DNA from: Histomonas meleagridis 2922-C6/04-290x
Taxonomy: Eukaryota > Protista > Parabasalia
Assembly (NCBI GenBank): GCA_020184695.1
Contig: JAANOX010000275.1
Location: 186,001-250,000, forward strand
DNA length: 64,000 nt
Reading direction: 5' to 3'
The notes under the pieces are model-generated. The model was not told where the DNA came from. It did not search any database and worked only from the letters and a program-made list of their open reading frames with translations. The position numbers were made by a program, and so were the translations under genes. Shown piece after piece: positions 22,052 through 35,084 of this stretch (positions within the stretch are counted from its first letter, which is position 1; each line of letters opens with the position of its first letter).

Positions 22052-23349
22052 TAGGGTGTTCCACCCCTACCGTAGTATCTCTTCATATATAATAGATACA
22101 ATAATATTTTTTATATAAATAAAAACACTAAATTTAATGGGTTTCGTTTTTTATTTAAAAATAATTTTTGTCAAGTCTATCATTAACTAATAATCCAATT
22201 TTTTTTTATTGAATGCAAAAAAATGACGTTTAAAATTTTTATTCCTCTATTATGGAGCTTGATCAAAAATTAATCACAATATATGTCGCGATGAAGGGAA
22301 TGTCAGCAAAAGCGATTCATACCGAAATGGAGATCATATTGGGCGAAGAATGTATTTCATATTCAACAGTATGTAAATACCTCAGACAAAGAAGTTTTGA
22401 TCAAACAATGTCACCTAACATTAGTGAACCGATTACCCCTATTGACGAAAATGTTGATTTAAAAATTTTGAAAATTTTAGATAAATTTCCATATGCTTCA
22501 ATAAGATAAATAGCTAAGTTAACAGAGATACCAAACACTACTGTATATAGGCATCTTACTGAAAAGCTTGGCTATGAAAATAAACTTTTAAAGTGGGTTC
22601 CACATTTACTGACGGAAGATATTAAAAAACAAAGAGTCACTAAATCAATTCAACTTTTAAAGACATTAGAGATTGCAAGACATAACAGTAATAAATATTT
22701 TATAACAGGTGACGAGTCCTGGTTTTATTATGATCATTATTATGTTCGACAATGGATACCACGAGGAACACCACGAGGTACAATAAACAAAAGGACTATT
22801 ACGCAAAAAAAAGTAATGTTGACGGTTTTTTGGAATCCCCACGGATTTAAAGTTATTGACTTTCTTTCAAAGGGAGAAACATTTAATTCACAATATTATG
22901 TAAAATATATTTAATCAAAACTTTCCAAAAAAAATGGTACAAATCCTAAAAATTACACAAGAAAAATTACTGTACATGCCGACAATGCAAAACCGCATAC
23001 GTCGAGATTCACAACTTTATATATGGACTCCAACAAGCTCAAAAGGGCACCTCATCCCCCTACTCCCCAGATATAGCTCCTTCAGACTTTTTCCTATCTG
23101 GATATGTAAAATAAAAAATGAAGGGATTTCAATACAAGAGTAGAGAAGAGGTTGAAGAAAAAGTGACTTCAATATGATTAAATATACCGAAAGAAACTTT
23201 GCAAAGCGTTTTTGACGAATGGGAAAAAAGACTTAAAAAAGTTATCGAAACAAATGAAGAGTATATTTAATAAACATTACATTTTTATCAATAAATTTAA
23301 AAAAACTTAAAAAATGAGTGAGATACTACAGTTGGGGTGGAACACTTTA
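22052..23349 (+). mobile_element. full-length mariner (DD34D) element with pseudogenised transposase
   Basis: ~29-bp TIRs (TAGGGTGTTCCACCCCTACCGTAGTATCT / AGATACTACAGTTGGGGTGGAACACTTTA), TA flanks, 1298 bp; WVPHLL, TGDESWF, HADNAKPH, PDIAPSDF. Confidence 0.9.
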
Positions 23350-23540
23350 TACAATGGCCAAGATTATTAACGAGTTTTCAGAATGATTCCCCAGTACGAT
23401 AAGCTTTTGAATAGATATAACTTGAATACAACAAAAAACACTAAAGGATAAAGAAAACAGGAATGTTGATAATGATGAGCTAAATTGAACAATAAATGTC
23501 GATTATAACATCAAACAATACACTAATGAATAACATAATA

Positions 23541-24333
23541 TAAGGGGTGGAAAAAGTGCGTTCGTCAGCCTTTTTTGTAATGAATAAAAAAGTAAAAGAA
23601 ATTTTGTTTATTTATTATGATATGTATTCACCTTGAGTTTCAATTGTAATTAAAAGTCTGTTCATCCATTCATTATATACATCTCTTAAGGTGTCTTTAG
23701 GAATATTATACAGTAATGTTTCAATTTTTTGAAAAAGTTGATCTTCATTTTCAAACTCCTCACCTTCGAGCATTTTTTTTATATATCCGAACAGAAAAAA
23801 GTCAGAAGGTGCGAGGTCTGGCGAAAACGTGGGTTGCGGAAGTCTTTTAATCCCCAATTCATTCAATTTTTCATGAACCAAATGAGGCCGGGCGTTATCC
23901 ATATGCAAAAAATATCCCTTCGTTGAAATTCTTTTCGCCAAATCTCCAAATACACTATCAGAAAAAAAATTCGATTAAATTTTTGGCCTATCGAGAGCAT
24001 TGTTATTGATTTGATACCAGTTATAGACCATATAACAGATATCATTACTTTTTTGGAGGCAATAGTTTGTTTGGGTTTGTATGGTTTTTGCACTCCAGAT
24101 TCAATCCACATCGAGTTTCTCCCGGTTTGTTGTATTAAAATGATTAAACGTTCTCTTTCAGAGGTATCCTGAAAAAAAGTAGTTTTACTTCATGCATCAT
24201 ATTTACTTGAAAAAAAGTATTATAATAATAATGTTAATATATTTATTATAAATTTTATTTATATAATTTGATTTCATTAATATCTAATATGAATCGAAGA
24301 AAAAGCTGACGAACGGACTTTTTCCACCCCCTA
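23541..24333 (-). mobile_element. internally deleted mariner element
   Basis: ~30-bp TIRs (TAAGGGGTGGAAAAAGTGCGTTCGTCAGC / GCTGACGAACGGACTTTTTCCACCCCCTA), TA flanks; HMDNARPH, FSPDLAPSDF; N-terminal half missing. Confidence 0.9.
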
Positions 24334-24334
24334 T

Positions 24335-24480
24335 ACAATACATTAATGAATAACAATATAAAAAACAGTATACATTACATTATACAGTATATCATACAAT
24401 ACATTATACATTACATTAATGAATAACAATATAAATAACATTATACATTACAATATGAATTACATTAATGAATAACATAA
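24335..24480. repeat. degenerate tandem array with core CATTAATGAATAAC
   Basis: Copies at 24341, 24414 and 24463, plus one left of the mariner at 23521. Confidence 0.75.
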
Positions 24481-25417
24481 ATACATGTAAAATACGCTCT
24501 CAGCGATTCTATTATCGACCTTTGACTTTTTTACGAATTTCTCTATGTGATTCCTGTTGGTTTATGGTTTAAATTATAGCATTAAAATTGGAATGTATTA
24601 AATATAACTTGATTATTTCGTATATAGTTAATATCAGAAGAATCTTGTTGGTAATATTGATGATAATTGGTTTGTTGAGGTGGCTAATATACTGATGATG
24701 AATCATATTTAAAATTCATAAAGAATGAGCAGATAGACAATGGATTCTTTCAACGTATTTTACAACAGCGCAAATACTTATAAGCATTCAAACTTTTGTG
24801 AACTGGCTTCACAATAAAATTTTATTGTGTTAAGTTTTTCAGATATAACCCATGATATTACTGTTAGAATACTATGTTGTACGGTAGCGGGGACGATACC
24901 ATTCAAATTACGATATAAACCATTAAAAACGAAAAATATAAATTTTGCGAAACATGGTTTTTTACTGCTACGCCTCGATCCCCTTTGTTGTAATTGTTAT
25001 AAGATATCCGTTATAAAACTATATTTACTTTACAAATGGTGTTACAAATTTGGATAAAAAAATATCAACCGAATTTAAGGGTACTAACCCCTTTAGCACT
25101 TTTTCGAAAATTTACATAAAAAAATTAAAATATATTTTGATAGACTAAAAATAAGAAATAATGTTTGATAAATATATAAAATATATGCAATTTAATTATT
25201 ACAAATAACTTTTAAGCTTAAGAATCTAAGCAGGTGAAATGTTATGCGCACTTTTTCAAATTTTGTTTTTTTTCATTTTTTTTCATTAAATTTTATATAT
25301 TTTTCAAATTTTTTATGTGTACTCAATTATACCTTTTGGGAAGTATTATTTGTTAATTTAACCCCAGTTCGTGTTTAATCTTATTTGTGATAAATTGTAT
25401 TTTATCAAATTTATATT

Positions 25418-26701
25418 TCAGATCTCAGTAAACTCGAATGAATTTCGAACCTTTTCCTCATCAAAAATTATTCTCCTTATATCTTCATTAAGGCCAGTAG
25501 ATATGCCAGCTTTTTCAAGACTAGGACGAACGTTAATACTGGTCGTAACTTGCCCATATGCTCTAAAAACCTTTTCAGCTAATGCTGCAACATCATTCAA
25601 GGTTCGTTTTGATGTGATAACTTTTTTAACATTTCTAAGTGCACCAAATATCACCAAATCAAGCATTTGAAAAATATCAGTGGTATGCGGAGGAAATGTG
25701 ATAACAATAACTCGATTTTCGGCAAGAATTTTCAAAATTTCAGGATCCCAATGTGGAGAATGATTGTTTATGAATAAAACAGCAAACTCATCTGAAAACC
25801 CCTCAATACTTTGCTGATTATTAACATATAGAATAAATATATTTGTAATATAATCATAAAATATTTCTTTTTTCAAGTATGGAGGATTTGATATTGAAAT
25901 TTTCAGGTCAATTCCATTTCTTATACCTGTACGACAGATATCATAAACTCTTAGGCTAGAAGCTATTGTCATTGGAGAAAAATATATATTTCGAATATAT
26001 ATAAAAGTTATGGCATCACCTGCTGCGCTGATACAAGAAATTAATGTTTGATGCCTAATTGAACGTTTTACAGGTACCATAACATATGCTTAACACATAT
26101 TTTTTGGTGCTATAACCGATTTTATCTTTTTATCTTCCAATTCGCTTGTACCCATTTCATCTATGTTAAAAACCTATTCGGCTGCTTTCCCAACAACATA
26201 TTTCTTTATATTTTCAATGTGCTTATCTAGAAATTCTCTAGGCACATTCACTCTTGTGTTCTCTTGAGGAATAGCTTTGGTGAATCCAATTTGATCTTTG
26301 TAATTCTCAAAGAATCCAGCAAGCCATCCTTTTGTAACTTCTTCGCCGAATTTTGTCTTTATGTACAGCAATAATTCTTGTTTCGTTAGGAATTCGTTTT
26401 TTTCTGCCATTTCAATTATATATCCAATTATTTGATTTTCTTCTTCATCATTAATAATTCTGGGGCGCCTTAATTCATCTTTTGCATTTTTTTTAATATT
26501 TGCTATAACCCCATTACTTACATCGAATATTTTTTCAAGTTTTTTGTTGTTAAGCAAAATATGACACACATTTTCACAATATTCACGGAGAAAAAGTACT
26601 TGGTCATTTCGAAATTGTAATGATTGAAATTCCGGATTTCTTAATAATGCCCTTATATCTACATCGCTTAAAATTCGGTTAGTATTCAAATCTGTATACA
26701 A
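25418..26701 (-). mobile_element. pogo/Tc5-type (HTH + DDE_1) transposase pseudogene
   Basis: ORFs 26174..26701 and 25418..26080; LISCISAAGD, AVLFINNHSPH, FPPHTTDIFQMLDL. Confidence 0.8.
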
Positions 26702-27071
26702 AGAGTGTAATGTTAAAAATCATTACCGTAAAAAAAACAAATATTTAATAGGCCACAAAGTGGACGTTTTTAAACATTTATCGTTAAATATATATACTAT
26801 TAACACATGTAATGTGTAATGTAAGTAATGTAAAAATAAATTGCTATAGAAGTGAAAGTTATGAAGGAGTAGTGATAAATTACTAACATTACAACAATAC
26901 ATCATTATCAATGAAGAAGATTTCTTAAATCAAATCGATCATATTCTTATTAGATCGTCATAAAAAAAACTTAATTCCAATATTATATGCAAAGAAAAAC
27001 TAATAATAATAAAAATTTTTTATTTATAGCATAAATTTGTCATTTTTCAATAAATAACGAACGTTAATTAA

Positions 27072-30000
27072 TCAACATGGATAAAAAGCTATTTGTCCAA
27101 CTTCATTTAATGCTACGACAGAACCAATTTTTTCTATGTATTGTATATCCACCACTTTCCCATTAGATCCCAATAAAAGACTTTTGTCATCCATTGATAA
27201 ATCAGTTAAGAAACAGCATTCATCAGAATCGACCAACAATAAAAATTGCTTTTTACCTTTTAAAATTTTTTTCCACATTTTAATTTTTTTAAATATTTTA
27301 AATGTTTTATAAATTTCTCCATTTAAATTATGTAAATTAATTTCCAAATTTACTTCGACAATTACTAAAGGTTTTTTATCAGCAATTAAAATCTTTTTAA
27401 TTTGATCTTTATCATAATTATATTTGCCAATTATTAACCCATTTGAAGCCGAAATTATTTTAAGTTTACCATTTTGAGTATAATAAGAAATAATACCTAA
27501 CGAAGCATTAAAATCGAAATCGACAATTGGACTATTTTCAGTATAAATAATTTTTTGATAATAAGGGAAAGTATCAAATTTACAAATATTTATAATATGT
27601 GAATCGATAATATAAGAAATAAATTCTTTATCGATTTTAAAATGTGTAATTAAGAAATTATAAAGACCAAATGTGAATAGTTTTGATGAAACAATTCGAT
27701 AAATTGTATTATTATAAGAATTATATGAAATTATTCCAATTTCATTCGTTGAAAGTTTTAATGTTTTAGTATTATGAATAAGAATTGTTTCTTTATCAAT
27801 GATTTTTAATTGGTTCCAATCAATATGAATTATTCGAATATGATTTGGAGTTAAATAATATATCGAATTATTTAATCCAAAAAATCCTCCTCGAATATGT
27901 TTATGAGTTGAAATCAAAGAGAAAATAGAATTTGCATATTTATTATTATGCATATTATTATCAGAGAAAATTGGATCTTTAGTATCAATACCGAAATTAA
28001 TTTCAATTAATTTATGAAGTTGAAACAAAATATTTTGATCTTCAATATCAAATATTTCATTTTTATTATCATTATTATTAAAAAATTGTGGTGGAATCAT
28101 TTTTAATTTTTTAAATGGTTTAATATCAAATTTTTTATTAGTAAACATCTGCTTAATTTGTTGTGAATATAATTTATTATCATATATTATTATATTTATA
28201 TCATTCGGTTTAATATAAGGGAAATATATATAATTATTATAATCATTAAATGATTTACCTTTAAGTATATTTAATGATAATATATAATCGAAATTTGATA
28301 TTTCGGAATTATTCCATCGATTAGTTTCATTTTTTATTAATATATCTAAATCTTTAAGAATTAATAAATTATTTTTTATTGCAAAATTTTCAAATTCGAT
28401 TTTATCTTTAATTGAATTTATTTGTAATAAAACAGAAAAACATCCAAATAAATATATTTCAATGTTTAAATTATTAATTATAATAAAATTAATTAATTTA
28501 TATTCAATTATAAATGTTTTATAAGTCTTAAAATTAATAATCATTTTCGTAGATAATAATTCAAGTTCACAATTTTCTTTTTTATCTTTTTTAAGTAAAT
28601 TACATTTCATTTTAGTTATAAGTTTAGTTTTAGGCATTAAAAACTCATTTATATTAATCCAATCTTTAAATTTATTACTATTATATAAATGATTTATAGT
28701 TGTTTTAAGTGAACAATTTAAATATTTTTCAAAATGTTTTTCTTTTTTACTATCAAAATTAATTTTTTGTTTACCAAATTCGATTAATGTATCAAAAGTT
28801 TTAATTTCTTTTGATATATAATAATTATTAATTTCAAATTTATTAATATTTGTTTTAAATATTTCTTTTATGTTTATTAATAATTTATTTAAAACTTTAT
28901 TTACTTTTATGATATGATTAGTTTCGAAATTAGAAAAAATATTTAATGAAATTTGTGAGCTTATTTTATGATCTCTTATATCAAGTCGAATAAAATTATA
29001 TATTTGTGAATAAAATGTTGACTTTAATGGTTGTAAACTTTTTAAGAATTTATAAAAATCTTTTTTCAAATTTTTAGATTTATAAGGAATACATATTAAA
29101 TTATAATCATTACAATTATTAAAAAATGAAATGAAATTATTTATATCAAATTCTTGTTTATGTTTTTTATGATATTCGATTTTTATACCAAATAAATTTT
29201 CATTTTTATTTATTAATTCAAGAAGTTTTGAAGAAAAATTTTGATTTGAAAATCGATAATAAATAATTATTAAAGAATATAAAATTATTTGATAATTATT
29301 TGAATCTTTACTAAAGAATTTTAATATTAAATTATTATAATATTTATTTCTAATTATTTCAACATTAAACATTTTTAATGATAATAATATTTGAAATAAT
29401 AATAAAATATTTTCAAAATCTTTTGAATTGTTTGTTAAGAAATTAAAAATTTTATCATTTATTTCATTGTTTGGATGAGTTAATGAAAATATTATAGGCC
29501 AAAAATACCATAAATCAGTATAATCATTATTATTATCCATTAATTCAATAATTTTTTGAGTTTCTATAATATCAATTGGTATAAATAATGATTTAATACA
29601 TAATAAATCAAGTGAAGGATTTAATATTTTAATATTTGTTTTATATTTTCCAAAATAATATTTCACAAGATTAAAAATTCGTTTTTTAATTATCAATGAA
29701 TTATTTGGAATTTGATATAAATCATTAATTGCATTAAAAATTTCTTCATTTTCTTTATCTTCAAATAATAAATTTAATGAATCTAAAGAATTAAAATTAA
29801 TAAATTCTGGATTTCGTTTAATTATTAATGAAAGAAAATTCAAATAATTTAATACTTGATAAGTTTTATTCGAAATTGTTAAAGTTAATGATATTATTAT
29901 ACTTATAGTTATTTCAGATTTAATATAAATTGTTAATTCATTTAATATCGAATAAATTATTGATTGAAATTCATTAATGTTTTTATTCGTGGAATAATTT

Positions 30001-33000
30001 ATAGCTAAAAAGAATTGTATAAATATTCGAATAAATGTATTTTCATTTAATTGTTTTAATTTTCTAGAAATTATACATTGCCAATCATTAAATATTTTCT
30101 TAAGAGTAATTTTATCCGATTTCATCCAAAAGAATAAATTAAATATAAAATTATCAAATATTTCTTGAGATAATTCGAAATTATTTAAAACATTTTCAAA
30201 TAAATTATTAAAAGTTAAATATAATCGATAATCGATGAAATCATTTTTTATATTCATTAAAATAATATTAAATAATTTTGATATATCTGTTACTTTGATT
30301 TTAAAATCAATGTTTAATATATTATCATTTATATCAATTCCAAGTAATTGTTTACTATATTCATTAAATATATTTGTCGAAAATTCTTTTTGTAAAACGT
30401 CATTATAATTAATACAATTCGACATAACTATTAATATTTGACTTAAATAATATGATGAATTATTATTTTTAATTTCTTTAAAATATTTCATAAAATCATT
30501 AATTGTACTATATGATAATAATGATTCTTGAATATTATAAAATTTTCGTTTATTTTTATCATTAATATTTATAATATTAGAATCATTTTTAAATATTATT
30601 TGTGGTAAATTACCAAAATTTTCTAATTCTAATTCATCAAATACTTTTTCATCACGTATAGATCCTTCAATAAAACAAAAGTTTCCCATTAAAACAGGTG
30701 GAATTATATCAATTGGTATAATATTATTACAAAATCCAAATTCCATAATTGGATCTGTTAAAAAATTCATTTGAAGAAAATCACAACCAACTGAAATATT
30801 TTCACCATTTTTACAATAAACATAATAAATTCCATTTTGATCGATATCATAAGCAAATGTAAATAAAAACCATTGATTTGATGGCAAATTTTTTTCGATA
30901 ACTGCTAATGTACTTAAACCATTTGTTTTATATTTAGCACAAATATTATTATTATCTAAATATAAAATAAAAATATTTTTTTTCTCTTTATCAGTAATTT
31001 GCATAAAGATAAAATTATTATTTGATGTTTGTGTATAAGGCACATCAATTTTAACATAAAAAGAAAATAAAAATGGATTTATAACATATTTCTTATCAAT
31101 TGATTTTATGAATAATTGTGGAGTTTCATTACATATTGGATAAATTGTAGAATTTCTTAATGACATAAAAATAGGCGTTAATAAATTTATAGCTTTTTCT
31201 GCATGTTGATATAATTTTCCTTTATTTGGAGTAATTAATTTAAGAAATGCTTGATCAACATTATAACTTGAAATCAAAGAAATAATTTTGATAATTAATT
31301 TTAATATACAATCAACAATAGTTTCATCATTTAAATCGAATTGAATTTTCCTTCTTTTATATTTAAATGATCCCATTAAAGATTTAATTAATAAATAATC
31401 AACATCACCTTTATGACAAGAATTAATATTCTCGATTGAATAATTACATAATGCATCAATCATTTCAATTACATCTTTAAAATTAGATGATTTTGAAAAT
31501 GCAACTAAAATTATATTAATAAAACCTGGGTTTCTAATTAAAAATACATTTTCTAATGAAATGTTTGTAGATTTATTTAATAAATTCCTTAAAAGAATTA
31601 ATGTTGATTTTGATGGATTATTACCTTCGACTTTATATATTAAATCTAAAATTAAATTAAAACGTAATGATGTTATATCTAATTGTTGATTTTCATATGA
31701 CATAAATGAAATAATTGTTAATATTGTTTCAAGCATTTCTTGTGATGAAAATATTTGTAAATATTGAAGTGCTGAATCTAAAACTATTTCAAATGATGGA
31801 CCAATTAAATTATTATGTAATATTGCGCGTAATATTGTTTGTGCTAATTTATTAGCTATGTTTTCTAAGTTATTTTTATCTTTACAATGACTACATTCAT
31901 TAAAAATTGATATTAATAATAATGATGTAGATTCAGGTAATGTCGTAACAGATGATAAACCTTTAAATAATAAATCAGCTATATATGATGTTAATCCAGG
32001 TACAAATAATAATGAAAGAAAACCAGATGTAAATGTTTTGGATTCAAAACAAATTTGCATCGAATTAGAATCTTCTAAAATATTAAATAATAATGAAAAT
32101 ATTACTGAACGTGCACTTTGAATATTAATATATTTAATAGGAAAATCATGTTGCATTATAGATAAAAATACTTCTGTTAATGATGATAATATTCGATTAG
32201 TAATATAAAATGTATTTTCTAATGGAAATTTATATAATGAACGCATTATTAATTCAGAAAATATTAATGGTTTATGTGATAATGTTGCAAATAATTCGAT
32301 AAGTAAATTTTGATTATTGTTTTTGATTATTTCAAAGATATAATTTCGAAGTAAATTTACTTCAGGTGAAATTCCAAACTTTGTAAATAAATTACATTCG
32401 GAATAAAATGTTAAATCATTGACTAAAAAACTAAATATCTTTTCAAATGAAGTTTTTTGTGATATTTGTTGAAGTATTAATATAATAATAAACATAAAGT
32501 CAATCGAATATTGAGATTCAAGAATATTGTTTTTAAGTTCTGAAATGGAAAAAATTATTTGTTGAGCACAATCATTGGAAATAATTTGTAACATTGGTAA
32601 AAAAATTGGTAATGTTTCTTTGAAAAATGGATTACAAAGTGTATAAATATCAATTTTGGATTCAATGATTTCAGGATCTGGCATAACAAATACTTCTTGT
32701 GGAGGATCTCCATGATGAATATGTTCTCGTTCTTTAGGAAGTTTGGTTTGAAACATATCTGGATTTGTTATAACATCTGTTGATTGAACTTTTTCAAAAA
32801 TGAAGATAGGTAATGTTAAAAATATCTCACAAATAGAATTCGCATTACAACGTTCAGAACATTTACAAAGAATTAACAATGAATCTAAATCAAGAAGTTT
32901 GATATATGGTGAAAGAATACATGAAAGTGTACCAAGCCAGGGACCGTTTAGCCATTGACGATCACTTTTGAATAGATTTGATAGAAATTTAACGTTCTCG

Positions 33001-33623
33001 TTTTGAATTTGATCGTCTTTGAGTTCAAAAATCCGTTTAAAAAATGGTAAATATCCAAATGAAAATGATTTATCAAGAGTTGTAGTTTTGAGAATATGCT
33101 CATTGATTGGATTGATCAATATTTTAAATATTGAATCTCGAGGGATTTTAGTAGCATATCGTACAAATTCCAAAAAAATATGATTTGCATGCATATTAAA
33201 ATCAATACAAGAAGCTTCTAAAAGATGCACTAAAGCAATAAATGAGTCAGCTGTTTGAAACGTATCCTGAAGTATAAACCATCCAAGACATTGAATAAGC
33301 ATATAATACGATTCAAAATTACTTAATTTTTGCCCTCGTTCTACTTTGGATTGAAAAATTTTTATAATGTCATTAGAATATTTAAATGAAAAAGAAATTG
33401 ATTGAAGGGCTTCATTAAGAGGTGTAAAATCAAGGAGCATCTCGTTTAGTTTTTCAATTTTTAGATTCGTAAGTTCGGGGACATCAAAGAAAAAATGTTC
33501 TATTCTAAATTCTTTAGCAGCAGGAAATTTATATCCTGGGATACTTCGAATTAGAAAAAGTTCGGTAATTGGAGTTACTTTATTTCTTGAAAACAGGTAC
33601 TTTTTTAGCTCTTGTGCATCCAT
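27072..33623 (-). CDS. Beige/BEACH-domain-like protein (ConA-like, PH, degenerate BEACH, WD40-like tail)
   Basis: 2183-aa intact ORF; ETNRWNNSEISNFDYILSLNILKGKSFNDYNNYIYFPY matches the BEACH start and LHKLIEINFG resembles its end. Confidence 0.8.
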   Translation of the reverse strand: MDAQELKKYLFSRNKVTPITELFLIRSIPGYKFPAAKEFRIEHFFFDVPELTNLKIEKLNEMLLDFTPLNEALQSISFSFKYSNDIIKIFQSKVERGQKLSNFESYYMLIQCLGWFILQDTFQTADSFIALVHLLEASCIDFNMHANHIFLEFVRYATKIPRDSIFKILINPINEHILKTTTLDKSFSFGYLPFFKRIFELKDDQIQNENVKFLSNLFKSDRQWLNGPWLGTLSCILSPYIKLLDLDSLLILCKCSERCNANSICEIFLTLPIFIFEKVQSTDVITNPDMFQTKLPKEREHIHHGDPPQEVFVMPDPEIIESKIDIYTLCNPFFKETLPIFLPMLQIISNDCAQQIIFSISELKNNILESQYSIDFMFIIILILQQISQKTSFEKIFSFLVNDLTFYSECNLFTKFGISPEVNLLRNYIFEIIKNNNQNLLIELFATLSHKPLIFSELIMRSLYKFPLENTFYITNRILSSLTEVFLSIMQHDFPIKYINIQSARSVIFSLLFNILEDSNSMQICFESKTFTSGFLSLLFVPGLTSYIADLLFKGLSSVTTLPESTSLLLISIFNECSHCKDKNNLENIANKLAQTILRAILHNNLIGPSFEIVLDSALQYLQIFSSQEMLETILTIISFMSYENQQLDITSLRFNLILDLIYKVEGNNPSKSTLILLRNLLNKSTNISLENVFLIRNPGFINIILVAFSKSSNFKDVIEMIDALCNYSIENINSCHKGDVDYLLIKSLMGSFKYKRRKIQFDLNDETIVDCILKLIIKIISLISSYNVDQAFLKLITPNKGKLYQHAEKAINLLTPIFMSLRNSTIYPICNETPQLFIKSIDKKYVINPFLFSFYVKIDVPYTQTSNNNFIFMQITDKEKKNIFILYLDNNNICAKYKTNGLSTLAVIEKNLPSNQWFLFTFAYDIDQNGIYYVYCKNGENISVGCDFLQMNFLTDPIMEFGFCNNIIPIDIIPPVLMGNFCFIEGSIRDEKVFDELELENFGNLPQIIFKNDSNIININDKNKRKFYNIQESLLSYSTINDFMKYFKEIKNNNSSYYLSQILIVMSNCINYNDVLQKEFSTNIFNEYSKQLLGIDINDNILNIDFKIKVTDISKLFNIILMNIKNDFIDYRLYLTFNNLFENVLNNFELSQEIFDNFIFNLFFWMKSDKITLKKIFNDWQCIISRKLKQLNENTFIRIFIQFFLAINYSTNKNINEFQSIIYSILNELTIYIKSEITISIIISLTLTISNKTYQVLNYLNFLSLIIKRNPEFINFNSLDSLNLLFEDKENEEIFNAINDLYQIPNNSLIIKKRIFNLVKYYFGKYKTNIKILNPSLDLLCIKSLFIPIDIIETQKIIELMDNNNDYTDLWYFWPIIFSLTHPNNEINDKIFNFLTNNSKDFENILLLFQILLSLKMFNVEIIRNKYYNNLILKFFSKDSNNYQIILYSLIIIYYRFSNQNFSSKLLELINKNENLFGIKIEYHKKHKQEFDINNFISFFNNCNDYNLICIPYKSKNLKKDFYKFLKSLQPLKSTFYSQIYNFIRLDIRDHKISSQISLNIFSNFETNHIIKVNKVLNKLLINIKEIFKTNINKFEINNYYISKEIKTFDTLIEFGKQKINFDSKKEKHFEKYLNCSLKTTINHLYNSNKFKDWININEFLMPKTKLITKMKCNLLKKDKKENCELELLSTKMIINFKTYKTFIIEYKLINFIIINNLNIEIYLFGCFSVLLQINSIKDKIEFENFAIKNNLLILKDLDILIKNETNRWNNSEISNFDYILSLNILKGKSFNDYNNYIYFPYIKPNDINIIIYDNKLYSQQIKQMFTNKKFDIKPFKKLKMIPPQFFNNNDNKNEIFDIEDQNILFQLHKLIEINFGIDTKDPIFSDNNMHNNKYANSIFSLISTHKHIRGGFFGLNNSIYYLTPNHIRIIHIDWNQLKIIDKETILIHNTKTLKLSTNEIGIISYNSYNNTIYRIVSSKLFTFGLYNFLITHFKIDKEFISYIIDSHIINICKFDTFPYYQKIIYTENSPIVDFDFNASLGIISYYTQNGKLKIISASNGLIIGKYNYDKDQIKKILIADKKPLVIVEVNLEINLHNLNGEIYKTFKIFKKIKMWKKILKGKKQFLLLVDSDECCFLTDLSMDDKSLLLGSNGKVVDIQYIEKIGSVVALNEVGQIAFYPC

Positions 33624-33880
33624 TTAATGTTAGCAAACTTAGAAATTAAAAAAGACCCTGATTTTTAATAATTAAAAATAATATATTTTTATTGAAATAA
33701 ATTGACAAAATTAATTCCATTGAAACAAAACGGTTTCAAAATTTTTTTTTAAAAATAATTTAAGTGTAAATCTGCTAACAGAAAAACTGGGCAACATTAG
33801 AAAATGGGGTTAACGCAAACAGGCTATGTCAATGATTTATTTCTTTAAGTTCACAATTCCGATTTTACAATAAAATTATA

Positions 33881-35084
33881 AAGTTCGATCAAAAAGGTTG
33901 TTCCACCAATTTGAAAGGGTACCGTTCATTATATCAATCATGGAATACAAGATGCCAGAATCTATGATAAAGAATCGTTTGGAAATCATTCAGCTAATAT
34001 CTCAAATAAAAAACAATACTCAAATTTTCAGGGAAACTGGGCATTGTCGAAAATTTGTGATATAAGTTAGAAATGATTTAAACAAATTTTCACAATAAAA
34101 CTGTATTTACGAAAACTACTCCAATTCGAAGACCATCTATTGTAAATGATGCCACTATCGATAGAGTCAACAGCATGACGCTAAATAATAGAAGAATGGG
34201 AACAAGAACAATTTTCAATATCCTTTCAGAAACAAGTCCTATTAGTTATTAGACTGTTTACAACATTCGGAAGAGCCAAGGATTCAGCTATCTTCCACCC
34301 CGCAATACCTTTTTTCTAACTGATTCTCAAAAGCAAGATCGAATAAATTTTGCTCAATTTCATATCCAAAATGGAACTGATTGGAAAAAGGTGTTGTTTG
34401 TCGATGAATCTTATTTTTATCTAAGCGATAGCCTTAGGTGGCTTTGGAGAGAGCGAGGGGAAGTCTGTGATGATATTTTTAATCATCATAGAAAGTTCAC
34501 CCCCAAAGTTATAATGTTTGATGGAATCAACTATGAGTACAAAACACCATTAATTGCTATCCAGAGTAGTGTCAACTCTGTTGTATACATTAATGATTGC
34601 ATAATCAATACAGGTATGATTGAAGGTATGAACAAGCTATATGGAGAAAATGAATAATTTCTTATTCAGGATGGAGCCACTTCACATACCAGCAAAAAAA
34701 CAACTGAGTTTTCAAAGAATAAGTGCAAAGTCATCGAAAACTGGCCAGCGAACTCACCTGACTTTAACGTTATCGAGAATATGTGGTCTATCTTGAAGAA
34801 CAAGGTAGAAGCACTATCACCTGAATCTGTAGATCAATTAAGCGAAATTGCATTTTTTTCTTGGAATGAAATTGATGGTAACACCATTAAGAACTTGGTG
34901 GATTCGATGACAAATAGGATTCAGGAAGTTATAAATCACCAAGGAGGGCCTAATGGTTACTGAGTAAAGTTCTAAAACGATGTGGTTAACCACAAAATAG
35001 TGTTAAAAAAAAGATGTTTCACTATGCATTCAATATTTGAGAGGTTTGAGTGGGAAAGGTGGAACAACCTTTTTGATCAGGCTT
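33881..35084 (+). mobile_element. full-length Tc1 (DD34E) element, pseudogenised
   Basis: TIRs sharing GATCAAAAAGGTTGTTCCACC, TA flanks; VLFVDESYF, QDGATSH, WPANSPDFNVIENMW. Confidence 0.88.
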
